This document shows, in pieces, positions 15,848-25,777 of a stretch of 64,000 nucleotides of DNA. The stretch covers positions 1-64,000 of the IMG/VR virus record IMGVR_UViG_3300019458_000021; one strand, 5' to 3'. The stretch's first letter is position 1, and every line of letters begins with the position of its first letter. The position numbers were made by a program, and so were the translations under genes. The notes under the pieces are model-generated. The model had not been told where the DNA came from and did no database searches. It worked only from the letters and a program-made list of their open reading frames with translations.

Positions 15848-16158
15848 GTGTTTGTTCTGCTTAGATCCGTTTTAGTCCCAGGTCGGATCTCCACGAAGGG
15901 CGCTGTTAGGCTGCTCAGGACGTTCGAATCGATACGAACGCATGGAGCCCTGCCCGAGTGACGTATCACTCAGATGCCAGCTATGTAGTGATTGACAGCG
16001 TTGCATTTCGTTACCCTTCATATTCCATGTTCAAAGTTAGTTCCAAAGAAATCAAACTGTACCTCTATTTATAGTAGAAGGTCAACAGTTTTGAAAACAC
16101 GTGACCAGAACACACTGGCTACACGTGTTGTGCAGTATATATGATTCGTTTCGAAAAA

Positions 16159-16509
16159 TCAACCACCGGACCATTGAAACGTAACTCTACGTGCTTTTGC
16201 ACGTTTGGTTGTCTTCTGCTTTCCTTTGTTCGCAGATTTTGCCACCGCAGATGTTGCACGTGGTGCAACATCTTCTGGAAGGACCATTTCGAGTTTGTCG
16301 TAATAACGTGGATTCTCTTTAAGATGGTCAAGCACAATTTCACGAGCAGCGGCGCGTGATTTTGTGTGCTCGAGTTCGTGTTGAATTCCTTTGTACAGTT
16401 GTGCATTGATCACCGACAACGGAACATTGTGACGCAACGCTAATTGCTGTGGCGACATCGTTGGGACGCTCAAAACACCTCTATGGAACAACTCTATTAG
16501 TCGCATTCG
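16159..16509 (-). CDS. DUF5661-like hypothetical protein
   Basis: GIQHELEHT...IVLDHLKENPRYYDKL motif; start moved to MRLIEL. Confidence 0.65.
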   Translation of the reverse strand, partial: RMRLIELFHRGVLSVPTMSPQQLALRHNVPLSVINAQLYKGIQHELEHTKSRAAAREIVLDHLKENPRYYDKLEMVLPEDVAPRATSAVAKSANKGKQKTTKRAKARRVTFQWSGG

Positions 16510-16510
16510 A

Positions 16511-17941
16511 CTAGTCCTTGTAACCGAAGCCCTTTGATGCACGCTTCAACAGTGCTTGACCACGCTTGAAGTCAAACATATCCTTCAACGTTGGCTGACG
16601 ACCACCATTGACAACAAACAATCGAACAACCTCAGGAATGTTTGTTGTGATTGGATTCATCCAAGAAGACATTTTGATCTGAGCTTGCTTCATACCTGCA
16701 ACAGTGCCCTGTGAAAGATGATCATGCAACTCTTCCATAGCACCAGCAACTGTCATGCAGAATGACGCCTGTGCATCATCACGCGTGTTGTTGTAGTCAG
16801 CTGCCTTGCGGAACGTGTCGATACTTGCCTTGAGTGCTGACATAACGTTGCCAGGAATCTTGACTTTCTCATCATGATTCATAGCTGTTGCATATGTCAG
16901 ATCTGTTTCTGGCCTGTTTTCCTCACCAACTGGGTCGTCGAAATCAACCTCACTAACCTTTGGTTCTGTTAGGTTTGGAATTGTGTCATCATTCTCACTT
17001 GGAGGAGCTGGATCATTGCCAGGACGCTTAGGCATGTGAGAATCTTCAGTAACCAACTTGGCTAATTTCTGTTCGTCTGGAGTCAGTTTACGAATGAATT
17101 GAACGGCAGCTGGTGCATTGTTTTCGAAATCGTACTTGCGACCGTTATAGATTACGTAAACGCGCTTCGGACGATCACTCCATGCATGTTCTCCAGCGCG
17201 TGCTTGACCTGCTCGTTCGCCTGCACCCAATCCAGCGCGATCCCATGCAGCGGCACGAGCAGCATATGCCATTTGCGGATTAACACCTTCAATAGATTCT
17301 GAACGAACCTTCTGAACATCCTTATATGGAACCTTTTTGTCAAGTCCATCAACACGAATTACAACGAAATCAGCTTGTGCGTTTGGTACGATAACTGTTG
17401 CGTTGTGTCCGTTCCACATCACCGGCTCGTCAGCGTGAAACAGGTTGCCTGTATTAACGGCTGAACGCTCTTCATCCTGCGCAACAAAAGCCATTTCACA
17501 ATCTTCTTTGTGTTGTCCTGCTTTGCCGCATTTCGGACAAGTTTCCTTCTCGGTTTCAGTTTCGCTGGAATCAGCATCTGCATCCACGTCGGATGGTAAA
17601 TCATCGGAATCTGCATCCATGTCGGAATCTGCATCGTCAGTAGGGATGTCTGAATCCGGCGACACTGCTGAATCGACATCGTCGTGATGTGGTTCGATTG
17701 GGGTCTTCTCTTCGGTTTCAGGGTCAATCTTAAACGCTTCGAGTTCAGCTAACGGTGTTAGTTTGGCACTGTAGGAGCCTCGCACCCACAGCTTTTTCAC
17801 AGCATCAGAACCAGATGCGTCGCTATGATAAATCGCTGCTTCTTCGAGGTTGTCCGTCCAGACAGGACGGTTGTAGGAGCTGCGTGAGCTGAAGAACAGT
17901 TTGCTGGTTCTGTTCTTGGAAATGATGAACCCTTGTTTCAT
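16511..17941 (-). CDS. Acidic late protein, probably virion-associated
   Basis: TATAAATA at 17964-17971 upstream; D/E-rich linker; start MKQGF. Confidence 0.75.
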   Translation of the reverse strand: MKQGFIISKNRTSKLFFSSRSSYNRPVWTDNLEEAAIYHSDASGSDAVKKLWVRGSYSAKLTPLAELEAFKIDPETEEKTPIEPHHDDVDSAVSPDSDIPTDDADSDMDADSDDLPSDVDADADSSETETEKETCPKCGKAGQHKEDCEMAFVAQDEERSAVNTGNLFHADEPVMWNGHNATVIVPNAQADFVVIRVDGLDKKVPYKDVQKVRSESIEGVNPQMAYAARAAAWDRAGLGAGERAGQARAGEHAWSDRPKRVYVIYNGRKYDFENNAPAAVQFIRKLTPDEQKLAKLVTEDSHMPKRPGNDPAPPSENDDTIPNLTEPKVSEVDFDDPVGEENRPETDLTYATAMNHDEKVKIPGNVMSALKASIDTFRKAADYNNTRDDAQASFCMTVAGAMEELHDHLSQGTVAGMKQAQIKMSSWMNPITTNIPEVVRLFVVNGGRQPTLKDMFDFKRGQALLKRASKGFGYKD

Positions 17942-18013
17942 TGAGGATCTCCTGTGTTTAGGATATTTATAGGAGACAAGGGGCAAGTGAACGTTTTCTA
18001 TCCCTCTGAACCG

Positions 18014-18045
18014 AAAAAAGAAAACGCCGCTCGAAGGCGGCGTTT
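18014..18045 (-). terminator. Intrinsic terminator
   Basis: AAACGCCGC-CTTCGA-GCGGCGTTT followed by a T run. Confidence 0.85.
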
Positions 18046-18063
18046 GTCCTAGAACGTAGGGCC

Positions 18064-19401
18064 TTACTTTACTGCCATTGGCTTCTTCGCCTTTCCATCG
18101 GCGAAACCATGTGAATACCCAGCAACGTTGCCAGAATACTGACCAGCATTAGCAAGATTCTTCTTCTTGCCACGGCCGTCTTTGTAGCCGATCTTGTAGC
18201 CGACATTATAGTCGACACTATTTGCCAAAGCTGTTGGTTGAGTGAAACCAGCCGCAATTTGTTTTTTGCGAATCAATTGAGCTGGATCACCAGCTTTGCG
18301 GACCTTTGTAATCTTCGCATGCACAGGAGCAGCTTTTGCTGAGCTTTTGCCATCGATATAACCAACGCCAACATTCGGCCAGTACATCAGAGTTGTGCCG
18401 ACTGGCAACTTACGGTTTACAGATGTTGACTGGATGAATACGTCGTACGCAGCATGATCACCTGGACGCAGTTGAATCGTTCCAGTTGTCGGAAGACCAA
18501 GAAGCTGACGAGCACCATGACCAGCGTAGACAGCACGCGTTGCACGATCACGAATCATGATCAGCTTGTACTCTTGAACTTCGTCTTCTTTCTTAACGAG
18601 TTCATAGAACGCTGCACCACGAAGCATTGGCTTGCCGGTCATGCGTTCACAGAAGTCACGAATCTCAAAGCAATGGGATGCGGTGACCTTCCACTCATTC
18701 ACTTGGGCGGAGATGTCCGTCATCGTCGATTGAATCGCTTTGACGTCAACACCACTTAGGTCAGTCGTGTAGAATGCCTTAGTCGAACCAACACCTGTTG
18801 CACGTGCGCTGAAATACGACGCTGTGGCCGCACGAGTTGCAGTTTCAGCAACGCGGAGACCTTGTTCCGTTTGTTCCCATTCCATGATATTGTTCGCAGG
18901 AATCCCCATGTTTACAAGCGAACGTTTGTATCCATGAGGGACGCGGAACGTGAACGTCCAGCGATCGGTTGCGTGGAGCTTGAAGATCTCACCACCGAGA
19001 CGGCTGCCGAGCCACTCGTATGAAGCATTCTCTTCACCGTCGGTGATTGCCAGGATCAGGAACGATACGTTCGGATCGTTCGCATCCGGCATACGTGAGA
19101 ACTGATTGATCAGGTAACCAACCGCATCGTAAAGACGAGTCTGACCGAGAGTTGCTTTGAACAGGTGTTCAGATTGAGGTTGAACAGACATCACGGGCAG
19201 CACAGTGACGAAAGGTTCGATGGAGCTGCCGAAATCGACGACGCTGATGATACTGTCGAGTTGATGCTGTTGAGTGTTGTGTTGAATTTCTTGCAGCTGT
19301 GAGTTGTAATCTCTTGCGCATGGACGCTCGAGTCCGTAGCTGCGAATGGAACCGCTTCGATCGCGGGCAATGCCGATGTAAGTCTTGTACGCTTTTGTCA
19401 T
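18064..19401 (-). CDS. von Willebrand factor A domain protein
   Basis: DRSGS MIDAS-like motif, TRLYDAVG, ITDGEEN; start moved to MTKAY. Confidence 0.8.
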   Translation of the reverse strand: MTKAYKTYIGIARDRSGSIRSYGLERPCARDYNSQLQEIQHNTQQHQLDSIISVVDFGSSIEPFVTVLPVMSVQPQSEHLFKATLGQTRLYDAVGYLINQFSRMPDANDPNVSFLILAITDGEENASYEWLGSRLGGEIFKLHATDRWTFTFRVPHGYKRSLVNMGIPANNIMEWEQTEQGLRVAETATRAATASYFSARATGVGSTKAFYTTDLSGVDVKAIQSTMTDISAQVNEWKVTASHCFEIRDFCERMTGKPMLRGAAFYELVKKEDEVQEYKLIMIRDRATRAVYAGHGARQLLGLPTTGTIQLRPGDHAAYDVFIQSTSVNRKLPVGTTLMYWPNVGVGYIDGKSSAKAAPVHAKITKVRKAGDPAQLIRKKQIAAGFTQPTALANSVDYNVGYKIGYKDGRGKKKNLANAGQYSGNVAGYSHGFADGKAKKPMAVK

Positions 19402-19461
19402 GATAATACTCCCGTCTAGTAAAAAGTGAAAGGTCTGTTTCAAGTCTTGAGCGCTTAGTGT

Positions 19462-19541
19462 TGGTGCTCGAGGGGGGATTCGAACCCCCGACCGATTCGG
19501 TTTTAGAGACCGCCGCTCTGAAACCACTGAGCTACTCGAGC
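19462..19541 (-). tRNA. Amber suppressor tRNA (anticodon CTA)
   Basis: GCTCGAG/CTCGAGC-A-CCA; GCGGT-CT-CTA-AA-ACCGA; perfect T arm. Confidence 0.88.
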
Positions 19542-19659
19542 GTATTTATGGCTTAAGAAAACAAATCCCCATTACCCTTGTCAGAACAAGTCGAATGTGA
19601 CTTTCCAAGATTCGACAGAAAGTGTCAACATAAATAGGGTTATCGGACGGAGGAAACAC

Positions 19660-20334
19660 ATGAAGAAAGTACTAGTGTTCGTTGCAATGTTGTTGTGTTT
19701 CACCAATACCAATGCCCAAGATTATTCGGTTGTACGCCAAACGGTGTATGGGGTATCAATTGGTGGTGCACACGGATCGGCAGTGGTGATTGCTAACGGA
19801 TATTTGCTTACGTCTGCACACGTTGTCGAAGCTGTTCCCAAAGCACAGATCTATATAGGTCCAAATAATGCCACAGCAAAAATCGTCAAGATTGATCAAG
19901 CAGCCGACATCGCACTTTTACACGCGCCTGACATACACTGTCCATGCGGTTCACTTTCAGAAAGACTTCCGATGATCGACGAACCTCTCGTCGCTGTAGG
20001 ATTTCCGTTGCCAGAATTAACACAAGTTCAATTTGCAACCGACGGACGGTTTCAAGGATTAAACACAGCGGGACAATTGGTAATGACCGTTAACATTTCT
20101 TTCGGCAACTCAGGCGGTGGAGTGTTCATCGTGAACACTAATGAGCTCGTTGGACTTGTTGATTCGATCATCGCGATCCCACAAGGACCGAGACAATATG
20201 GCATTCAAGCTTTCCACCATTACATGTCAATAGCTGTGTCGATTGTCAAGATTCGAGCATTCTTACGATTGGCCACAGGACAGCCAACACCAGAGCATCT
20301 TGGTGGTCTGGTGCCAAAAGTGTTCAACAATTAA
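19660..20334 (+). CDS. Trypsin-like serine protease with signal peptide
   Basis: LLTSAHVV, DIALL and GNSGGG catalytic triad motifs. Confidence 0.9.
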   Translation: MKKVLVFVAMLLCFTNTNAQDYSVVRQTVYGVSIGGAHGSAVVIANGYLLTSAHVVEAVPKAQIYIGPNNATAKIVKIDQAADIALLHAPDIHCPCGSLSERLPMIDEPLVAVGFPLPELTQVQFATDGRFQGLNTAGQLVMTVNISFGNSGGGVFIVNTNELVGLVDSIIAIPQGPRQYGIQAFHHYMSIAVSIVKIRAFLRLATGQPTPEHLGGLVPKVFNN

Positions 20335-20711
20335 CGAACCGGTTTACCAACTTCAAGGTTACGAAGTGTAAGTTCAGCTTCCCGCAGAGCAGCTGACGCT
20401 GCTCGCAACTGATCTTCATAGCGAAGGATCAAAGCACGCTGAGCCTGAGTTGGTCGTTCGATCTGACGGAGTTCGAATAGTTTGTCTTCGAGTTGTTGAA
20501 CACGAAGTTGAGCCGTGTTCATGTCCTGACGAACAACAATCTTTTGGCTGAGTTGTTCTTGACGTGCTTGATAGTTCTCGAAGTCTGCTGTCTTAACGTA
20601 TCGGCCATCAAAAGCCTGGGCTGCTGTTGCAAGCGTCGCAATTGCAGCAACTGCGGCCGCGATCTTAGTTAGTGTTTTGTTGGCAGCGACAAAGTCGGAC
20701 AAAGATGACAT
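20331..20711 (-). CDS. Membrane-anchored coiled-coil late protein
   Basis: Hydrophobic N-terminal helix; late promoter at 20734-20741. Confidence 0.6.
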   Translation of the reverse strand: MSSLSDFVAANKTLTKIAAAVAAIATLATAAQAFDGRYVKTADFENYQARQEQLSQKIVVRQDMNTAQLRVQQLEDKLFELRQIERPTQAQRALILRYEDQLRAASAALREAELTLRNLEVGKPVR

Positions 20712-20790
20712 TATACCCCTCCAGTTAGTGGGGTATTTATATTCATCCGGAAAAGTCGGGGCGTTTTCCCGCCCCGACATGTTCCCAAAA

Positions 20791-21711
20791 TCAAATCAAT
20801 TCTAATGAAGTACCACACGCGGCACAGAACTTAGCGCTAGCCTTGTTTACGTGTCCGCAACTGGTGCATTTTTGCTTCTTCTTCACAGTAATAGCTTCAA
20901 CAACTGCCTTACCGGTCTCGACTTTGCCAAGCAAACGAAGAACAAGTGTGTAGCTATCTGCTTCGGTAGGAAACCAAGCAACAGTGTGAAACTGTTGATC
21001 AGAAACACCACCTGCTACCGTAATTCCGTTCTCGTTGATTGCGTTCATCGGGATCTGTGCTGAATCCATCACTGAATGACTCATTGCGCTTGCGGGCGCG
21101 CTGCAAGAAATTTGTTGAGCACCATCGTTTGCACTAAATGTTACACCCTGAGCATTCTGAGCCATCAAATTATTGACGGTCACCGTGTCAGCATTATTCA
21201 TTAAACGGTTGCCACCTAACGTATTGGAACACCAAATAATCGGCGGATTATATGGAAAAGGCCAATCAGGCGAACGACGCCGTGGTGTGTGAACCCACTT
21301 ATCGTGATATTCGCGTTCAATGATCTCTTTCTTGATCACGAATTCAGTTTTTGGCGGTCGCTGCTCGAATTTGTACTCGATGACAACGATACCATCTTCA
21401 GAACCAATCCCACGATGATTCTCAATACGTGCAGTTCGTTCAATGAACTTGAAACGATTGCCTTGGTTGAAGTTGCCATTTTTGACAAAACGCTCAATTT
21501 CAATCGAGCCACGAGCCGGCACAACAAACTCTGTGCCATCGCCAATGTCCGTGCCATCGATCGAAATTTTGACCAATGCACGGACAGTGTCCATGTTCTT
21601 GATATAGATTGAGTATTCTGCACCGAAAGGCAGATAGATGATGTCCTTGAATTCGCGAAGGACTTTGCCGTTATGTTTAATAGCTACGGCGAGCTTATTG
21701 CCATACATCAT
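20791..21711 (-). CDS. Hypothetical protein with C-terminal double zinc ribbon
   Basis: CTSCG...FCAACG; RBS GAGGAG. Confidence 0.8.
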   Translation of the reverse strand: MMYGNKLAVAIKHNGKVLREFKDIIYLPFGAEYSIYIKNMDTVRALVKISIDGTDIGDGTEFVVPARGSIEIERFVKNGNFNQGNRFKFIERTARIENHRGIGSEDGIVVIEYKFEQRPPKTEFVIKKEIIEREYHDKWVHTPRRRSPDWPFPYNPPIIWCSNTLGGNRLMNNADTVTVNNLMAQNAQGVTFSANDGAQQISCSAPASAMSHSVMDSAQIPMNAINENGITVAGGVSDQQFHTVAWFPTEADSYTLVLRLLGKVETGKAVVEAITVKKKQKCTSCGHVNKASAKFCAACGTSLELI

Positions 21712-21897
21712 TGTGACTCCTCTTCAACGGCGTACCGACTAAACGCCCAAAATTAAAGTCGGTGAAGTTGGATTCGGTACTATTACCCAATCCAGAAGTC
21801 ATGTGGTCGACTATTTATACCTCCTTTGCTCAACTAAGACAAGCCAAGATTTTGCAATACGTTCTAGTTCTTCTAAGGAAGCGTTCTGCTTTATTGT

Positions 21898-22206
21898 TCA
21901 TTTCTTGTTTCGTTCCGCTTGCTTGCGAGCCCATTCTCTTTGATCGTCAAGAGCTTGACCATAGCGACCACGGCGGCCAGGACGTTCAACTTGATACATT
22001 GTTGCAACATCCAAACGATCGTTAAGATGTTCTGCTTTCAAGTCTTTAAGAGTGTCCCGTTCACCAGGAGAAAGGTTTTCAACAAGCTCTCCAGGTTTGT
22101 GAAAGTGCGTGTTGTTGATTTTCCGGCTACCTACGTGTAAAGGATGGTGCCATTGGAAGAACCACGCGCGGTCAATTAAGCCTCGAATTACGCTGCTAAG
22201 CCTCAT
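21898..22206 (-). CDS. Hypothetical protein
   Basis: TAATG coupling to rpsU stop. Confidence 0.6.
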   Translation of the reverse strand: MRLSSVIRGLIDRAWFFQWHHPLHVGSRKINNTHFHKPGELVENLSPGERDTLKDLKAEHLNDRLDVATMYQVERPGRRGRYGQALDDQREWARKQAERNKK

Positions 22207-22430
22207 TAGTATAATTTCGGAGGAAGTTTGTTTTTCTGCTGATCGCGTTTCCAACGCATGATGGCCGCAGACTTTTTGCGATTGCGTTTCACGCCTGGAC
22301 GTTCATAAGCTTCCAGCTCATGAAGTTTTCGAAGAACGCCACCAGCTTCAACTTTCTTCTTCAGCTTTCGCAATGCGTTATCGATGTCCTTTGAGGACTG
22401 TCGCTCAAGGGTCAGTTCAACTTTTGGCAT
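22206..22430 (-). CDS. rpsU: Ribosomal protein bS21 homolog
   Basis: IDNALRKLKKKV...EAYERPGVKRNRKKSAA pattern. Confidence 0.85.
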   Translation of the reverse strand: MPKVELTLERQSSKDIDNALRKLKKKVEAGGVLRKLHELEAYERPGVKRNRKKSAAIMRWKRDQQKNKLPPKLY

Positions 22431-22613
22431 ATGTAGATGGTCCTAACACTAATCAGCGCAACGATCATTTAAGGTCATGAAATTGTCAACAAGCCTGCAT
22501 GAACTTTTCGATGGCAATTTGCACACAACCGTCGACACTTGGCAATTTCTTTAAGAACACGAGCCAATCTACCACCCATTTGGCTCGAAATCGTAAAATC
22601 TTTTCCATGGCAA

Positions 22614-22653
22614 CCTCTCAGTTCGATCTAAATATCAGGATCGAACTGAGAGG
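22614..22653. terminator. 15-bp perfect inverted repeat (terminator or processing hairpin)
   Basis: CCTCTCAGTTCGATC ... GATCGAACTGAGAGG just 3' of a tRNA-Met. Confidence 0.55.
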
Positions 22654-22661
22654 TCCGAAAG

Positions 22662-22734
22662 TAGCGGGAGAGGGAATCGAACGCCCCGGCCTTTAGGTTA
22701 TGAGCCTAACGAGCTGCCACTGCTCTATCCCGCA
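22662..22734 (-). tRNA. tRNA-Met(CAT), 1:72 mismatch
   Basis: TTAGG-CTCATAA-CCTAA. Confidence 0.88.
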
Positions 22735-22770
22735 ATAGAAACAATATGTTATTTATGTTTGAGGGTCATG

Positions 22771-23325
22771 TCAACGATGTCCTGTGTGAAGCATCTCAAT
22801 GTACTTTAGAATTTTGTCCTCTACACCATCTTCAGACAGAAAGGAAAAGTATGGAATAGCATGCTTATGCAAAAGGGTCTTCAACTCAACGTCTTTATGT
22901 TTTGCCTGTTCTTCTGTTTGATTACGTCCAGCCTGGACATAAGGGATTGCTGGATTGCGTTCTAAGAAGATATTGATGTTGTTGTACGAATGGAACACAT
23001 CAAGAAGGAACGGCTCAAACGATTTCGGAAACCATTCTGGCATGTACAACAATCCCAACAGAATTGAGCTGTCGACCACCGCATAATCGATGTCATGTCG
23101 AATCAGGCGACGAATCATCCGATGTTGTTGGCCAAAAATGTAGTCTTGCTCGGTGAAGATGTGCGTCATACTTTCCCACACACAATCTTTTGCGAATTCG
23201 TGTACGAATTCGACTTTCATTCCCTTCTTCTTCATTTTGACGTATAGCGCAGGTGCAATCGTTGATTTGCCTACGGAAGGACCAGCAAAGAAGTTGATTA
23301 CAGTCAGTTTTTTGTTATCGTACAT
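22771..23325 (-). CDS. NadR-like P-loop ATPase/kinase
   Basis: INFFAGPSVGKST Walker A, EFAKD, VVDSSILL. Confidence 0.75.
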   Translation of the reverse strand: MYDNKKLTVINFFAGPSVGKSTIAPALYVKMKKKGMKVEFVHEFAKDCVWESMTHIFTEQDYIFGQQHRMIRRLIRHDIDYAVVDSSILLGLLYMPEWFPKSFEPFLLDVFHSYNNINIFLERNPAIPYVQAGRNQTEEQAKHKDVELKTLLHKHAIPYFSFLSEDGVEDKILKYIEMLHTGHR

Positions 23326-23448
23326 GGAGAGCCCCTAAGAGCGTCTATTGTACTTCTTACTCTTGGGTTACTCAACTAAACGGTTGCTCGGTTTCCTTCT
23401 TGTGAACCTAAACGTCAATGAAACGTATTCGGCAAAGCCTTGTATTCC

Positions 23449-24471
23449 TCACAAGAAATAGTGAATGATGTCGTAGTGATCTTCAAAGCATTCGTCGCTT
23501 CGAACCTCGCTTACAGGCACCCAGTACGCATCTTTCGCATCATCGCTGCCTTTCACTTCTGGTAATGGTCCAGGCGGCAATTCGATCAGAAATGCGTGTG
23601 TAATCGTTCGACCACGAAGCGATCGTTTCGGTGCATCGAAAACGTGTTGTGCTTTGATCGAGCCTTTAAGAACTGGTGCCGGAACCTTGAGACGAGTCTC
23701 CTCGCGAAGTTCGCGAATCATAGCTTCTATCAATGTTTCACCTTGTTCGATAAATCCGCCAGGTAACGCTTTCAGGCCCATCCCAGGAGCAGCACCACGC
23801 GTGACCATCAGAAGGTGTCCCGATTGGACAACAACTGCGTCGACAGTAACGAACACAGCCGGAAACGGAGCACCCTCCCAGCTCTTCTTGTATCGCTTGA
23901 TGATCTCGTGTTCCTTAGCGAGCGTTCGATAATCTTCCGTCATCTTGAACACTTCGAGACAGCGATATACAGGTTGTGGAAGAAGCGTCTGCAAGAACTT
24001 CAGATTCTTTCCTTCGAAGAACAGTTCGCGGATATCCGTTGCATTGACGATTTCGTTCATCTCATGTTCAACAATTGTCCACTGCGGAAACATCTTGAGA
24101 TAGTAGCTGCTGTGGTCCTTCGTATGGCCGATGATTGCGATTTTTGCTGGTTTGTCACGCCACCCGCCGGCCCGAACAGTTCGTTCAACTTCTTCTTGAA
24201 TGCTCGCTGCCCAAAGTTGATCATTGTACAGCTGATCGCGGATAAGCGAGACTTTGATTCGATCAATCGCATGCGGCATGGAGTCGTAAATCATTGCAAT
24301 ACGTTCATCAGCCACAAACGGATTCTTTGGAGTACGAGGCGCAAATGAGCTACCAATGCACAGGATAACTTTGTCGGAGATCGACAAGGCGGTCTCGACC
24401 ACTTGTCTGTGACCAATATGGAACGGCTGAAACCGTCCAATGAAAACAACATAGTCGTAGATGTATGACAT
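23449..24471 (-). CDS. nadM: Bifunctional NMN adenylyltransferase / Nudix hydrolase (NadM-Nudix)
   Basis: [12 protein letters not shown] and Nudix box [22 protein letters not shown]. Confidence 0.95.
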   Translation of the reverse strand: MSYIYDYVVFIGRFQPFHIGHRQVVETALSISDKVILCIGSSFAPRTPKNPFVADERIAMIYDSMPHAIDRIKVSLIRDQLYNDQLWAASIQEEVERTVRAGGWRDKPAKIAIIGHTKDHSSYYLKMFPQWTIVEHEMNEIVNATDIRELFFEGKNLKFLQTLLPQPVYRCLEVFKMTEDYRTLAKEHEIIKRYKKSWEGAPFPAVFVTVDAVVVQSGHLLMVTRGAAPGMGLKALPGGFIEQGETLIEAMIRELREETRLKVPAPVLKGSIKAQHVFDAPKRSLRGRTITHAFLIELPPGPLPEVKGSDDAKDAYWVPVSEVRSDECFEDHYDIIHYFL

Positions 24472-24554
24472 ATCGAACTCCTCGATATCGAAGACAAATC
24501 GGTCTATTCCGATTTGCTGTTACTTTAAGTTACTTAGTGGTTAAGGTCAACCAC

Positions 24555-24821
24555 TCATTTGTAACTTGCAAGATGCTTCCTCAAAAGAGCTACGTGCTCT
24601 TTTGTGCACTTACAAAGTTCTGTGTACTGCTTTTTGTGCTCGTCCGAGAGATCCTTCTGTTGAAGGCGTGCTTCACACATTGCAATAATCTTGTCGCAAT
24701 GACCGATACACGTTTCGAATAGAGCCTTTTCACTCTTGATATGCTCCGGTGAAGCATCACTCTCTACAAGAGGAAGACCAGCAGCTTTGCGGTAGTAGTT
24801 AAGATCCATGTGTTTCTCCAT
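24555..24821 (-). CDS. Hypothetical protein
   Basis: ORF track; MDLNYYRKAAGL phage-type start. Confidence 0.7.
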   Translation of the reverse strand: MEKHMDLNYYRKAAGLPLVESDASPEHIKSEKALFETCIGHCDKIIAMCEARLQQKDLSDEHKKQYTELCKCTKEHVALLRKHLASYK

Positions 24822-24845
24822 AACCTATTGCTATTTATGGAAGAA

Positions 24846-24878
24846 AAGAGAAAAGGGTGAGAAAACTCACCCTTCTCT
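24846..24878 (-). terminator. Intrinsic terminator
   Basis: AAGGGTGAG-TTTT-CTCACCCTT followed by a T-rich tract. Confidence 0.75.
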
Positions 24879-25690
24879 TACAACTCTACAACCAACGCTT
24901 CATCCCAATCAAAGTGTTCATTAGGGTAAGCGCGCGGATTAACAATCACTTGTGTGTTGCCGATCTTGTAGTTGAACACATTGTGCACATGACCATGCAC
25001 CAGTATGTCTGGTTGGGCATCGATAATCTCTGCGTCTAACTCAGAGACGAATGCTGGATTCATGTGATTCCCTTTGAAGCGGCGATGAACTGATTGTTCA
25101 CTTACACCATGATGAACAACCAACACCACCTTTCTTCCAAGTTGTTTCTGTTCCTTTACGGCCGAAAACACGTAATCCTTTGCATCAGCATGATCACGGT
25201 ACACATCTTGCGGGCGCAACCCACGCCAATCGGGAGCGACTGGCCATCCTTGTGATGGCGGGCCATCAAAATATGTTTGGCTGTAATCCGCCATGTATAC
25301 CTTCGACATCGCCATCACACCCGGATTACCGCGCTTGAAATCAGTCCAGAGAGTTGCTCCAACGAAAGCAACGTCGTCGATCACCATGGTTTCTTTCTCG
25401 AGGAGATAGACATTGGTAATCCCAGCTTTCATTAGAGCATCCTTGAACTTTTGCCGCGAATACAGGAATGAGCCACCACTGTAGAACTCGTGATTTCCAA
25501 ACACATAGATCACGTGTTTGAACTGGCTTGCCACCATCTTGAAAAATGGTTCCCCGATGCGATCCCACAACGAGACGGCACACACATCGCCCGCCAGCAC
25601 AAGGACAGTGTCCTTGTCTGTCTCGAGTTCAATCATACGAAGAATCGGAGCGAACTCCAAATGGAGATCACTGTGAGGTCTTATAAGCAT
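24878..25690 (-). CDS. Calcineurin-like metallophosphoesterase
   Basis: SDLH, LAGD, GNHE, VVHH and HGHVH motifs. Confidence 0.92.
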   Translation of the reverse strand: MLIRPHSDLHLEFAPILRMIELETDKDTVLVLAGDVCAVSLWDRIGEPFFKMVASQFKHVIYVFGNHEFYSGGSFLYSRQKFKDALMKAGITNVYLLEKETMVIDDVAFVGATLWTDFKRGNPGVMAMSKVYMADYSQTYFDGPPSQGWPVAPDWRGLRPQDVYRDHADAKDYVFSAVKEQKQLGRKVVLVVHHGVSEQSVHRRFKGNHMNPAFVSELDAEIIDAQPDILVHGHVHNVFNYKIGNTQVIVNPRAYPNEHFDWDEALVVEL

Positions 25691-25777
25691 AAATAAACCA
25701 ACGATTATATGATCGACGTCTTTTATTCTCTACATGAGAATACAAACGATCGACTATCCCTCAACAGGCTGAAACAA

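Noticed and set aside
14802-15969. ORF-track ORFs across the tRNA cluster, and N-terminal ORF extensions into tRNAs (e.g. 9434, 10143, 11728, 19527)
   Set aside because: They overlap clear tRNA or ncRNA genes; shadow frames.
15630-16000. RNase P RNA, TPP riboswitch, hammerhead or twister
   Set aside because: Only short partial word matches, in the wrong order or spacing.
19462-19541. tRNA-Pyl
   Set aside because: Lacks the 6-bp anticodon stem, single-base acceptor/D linker and 3-nt variable loop; no pyl genes in the window.
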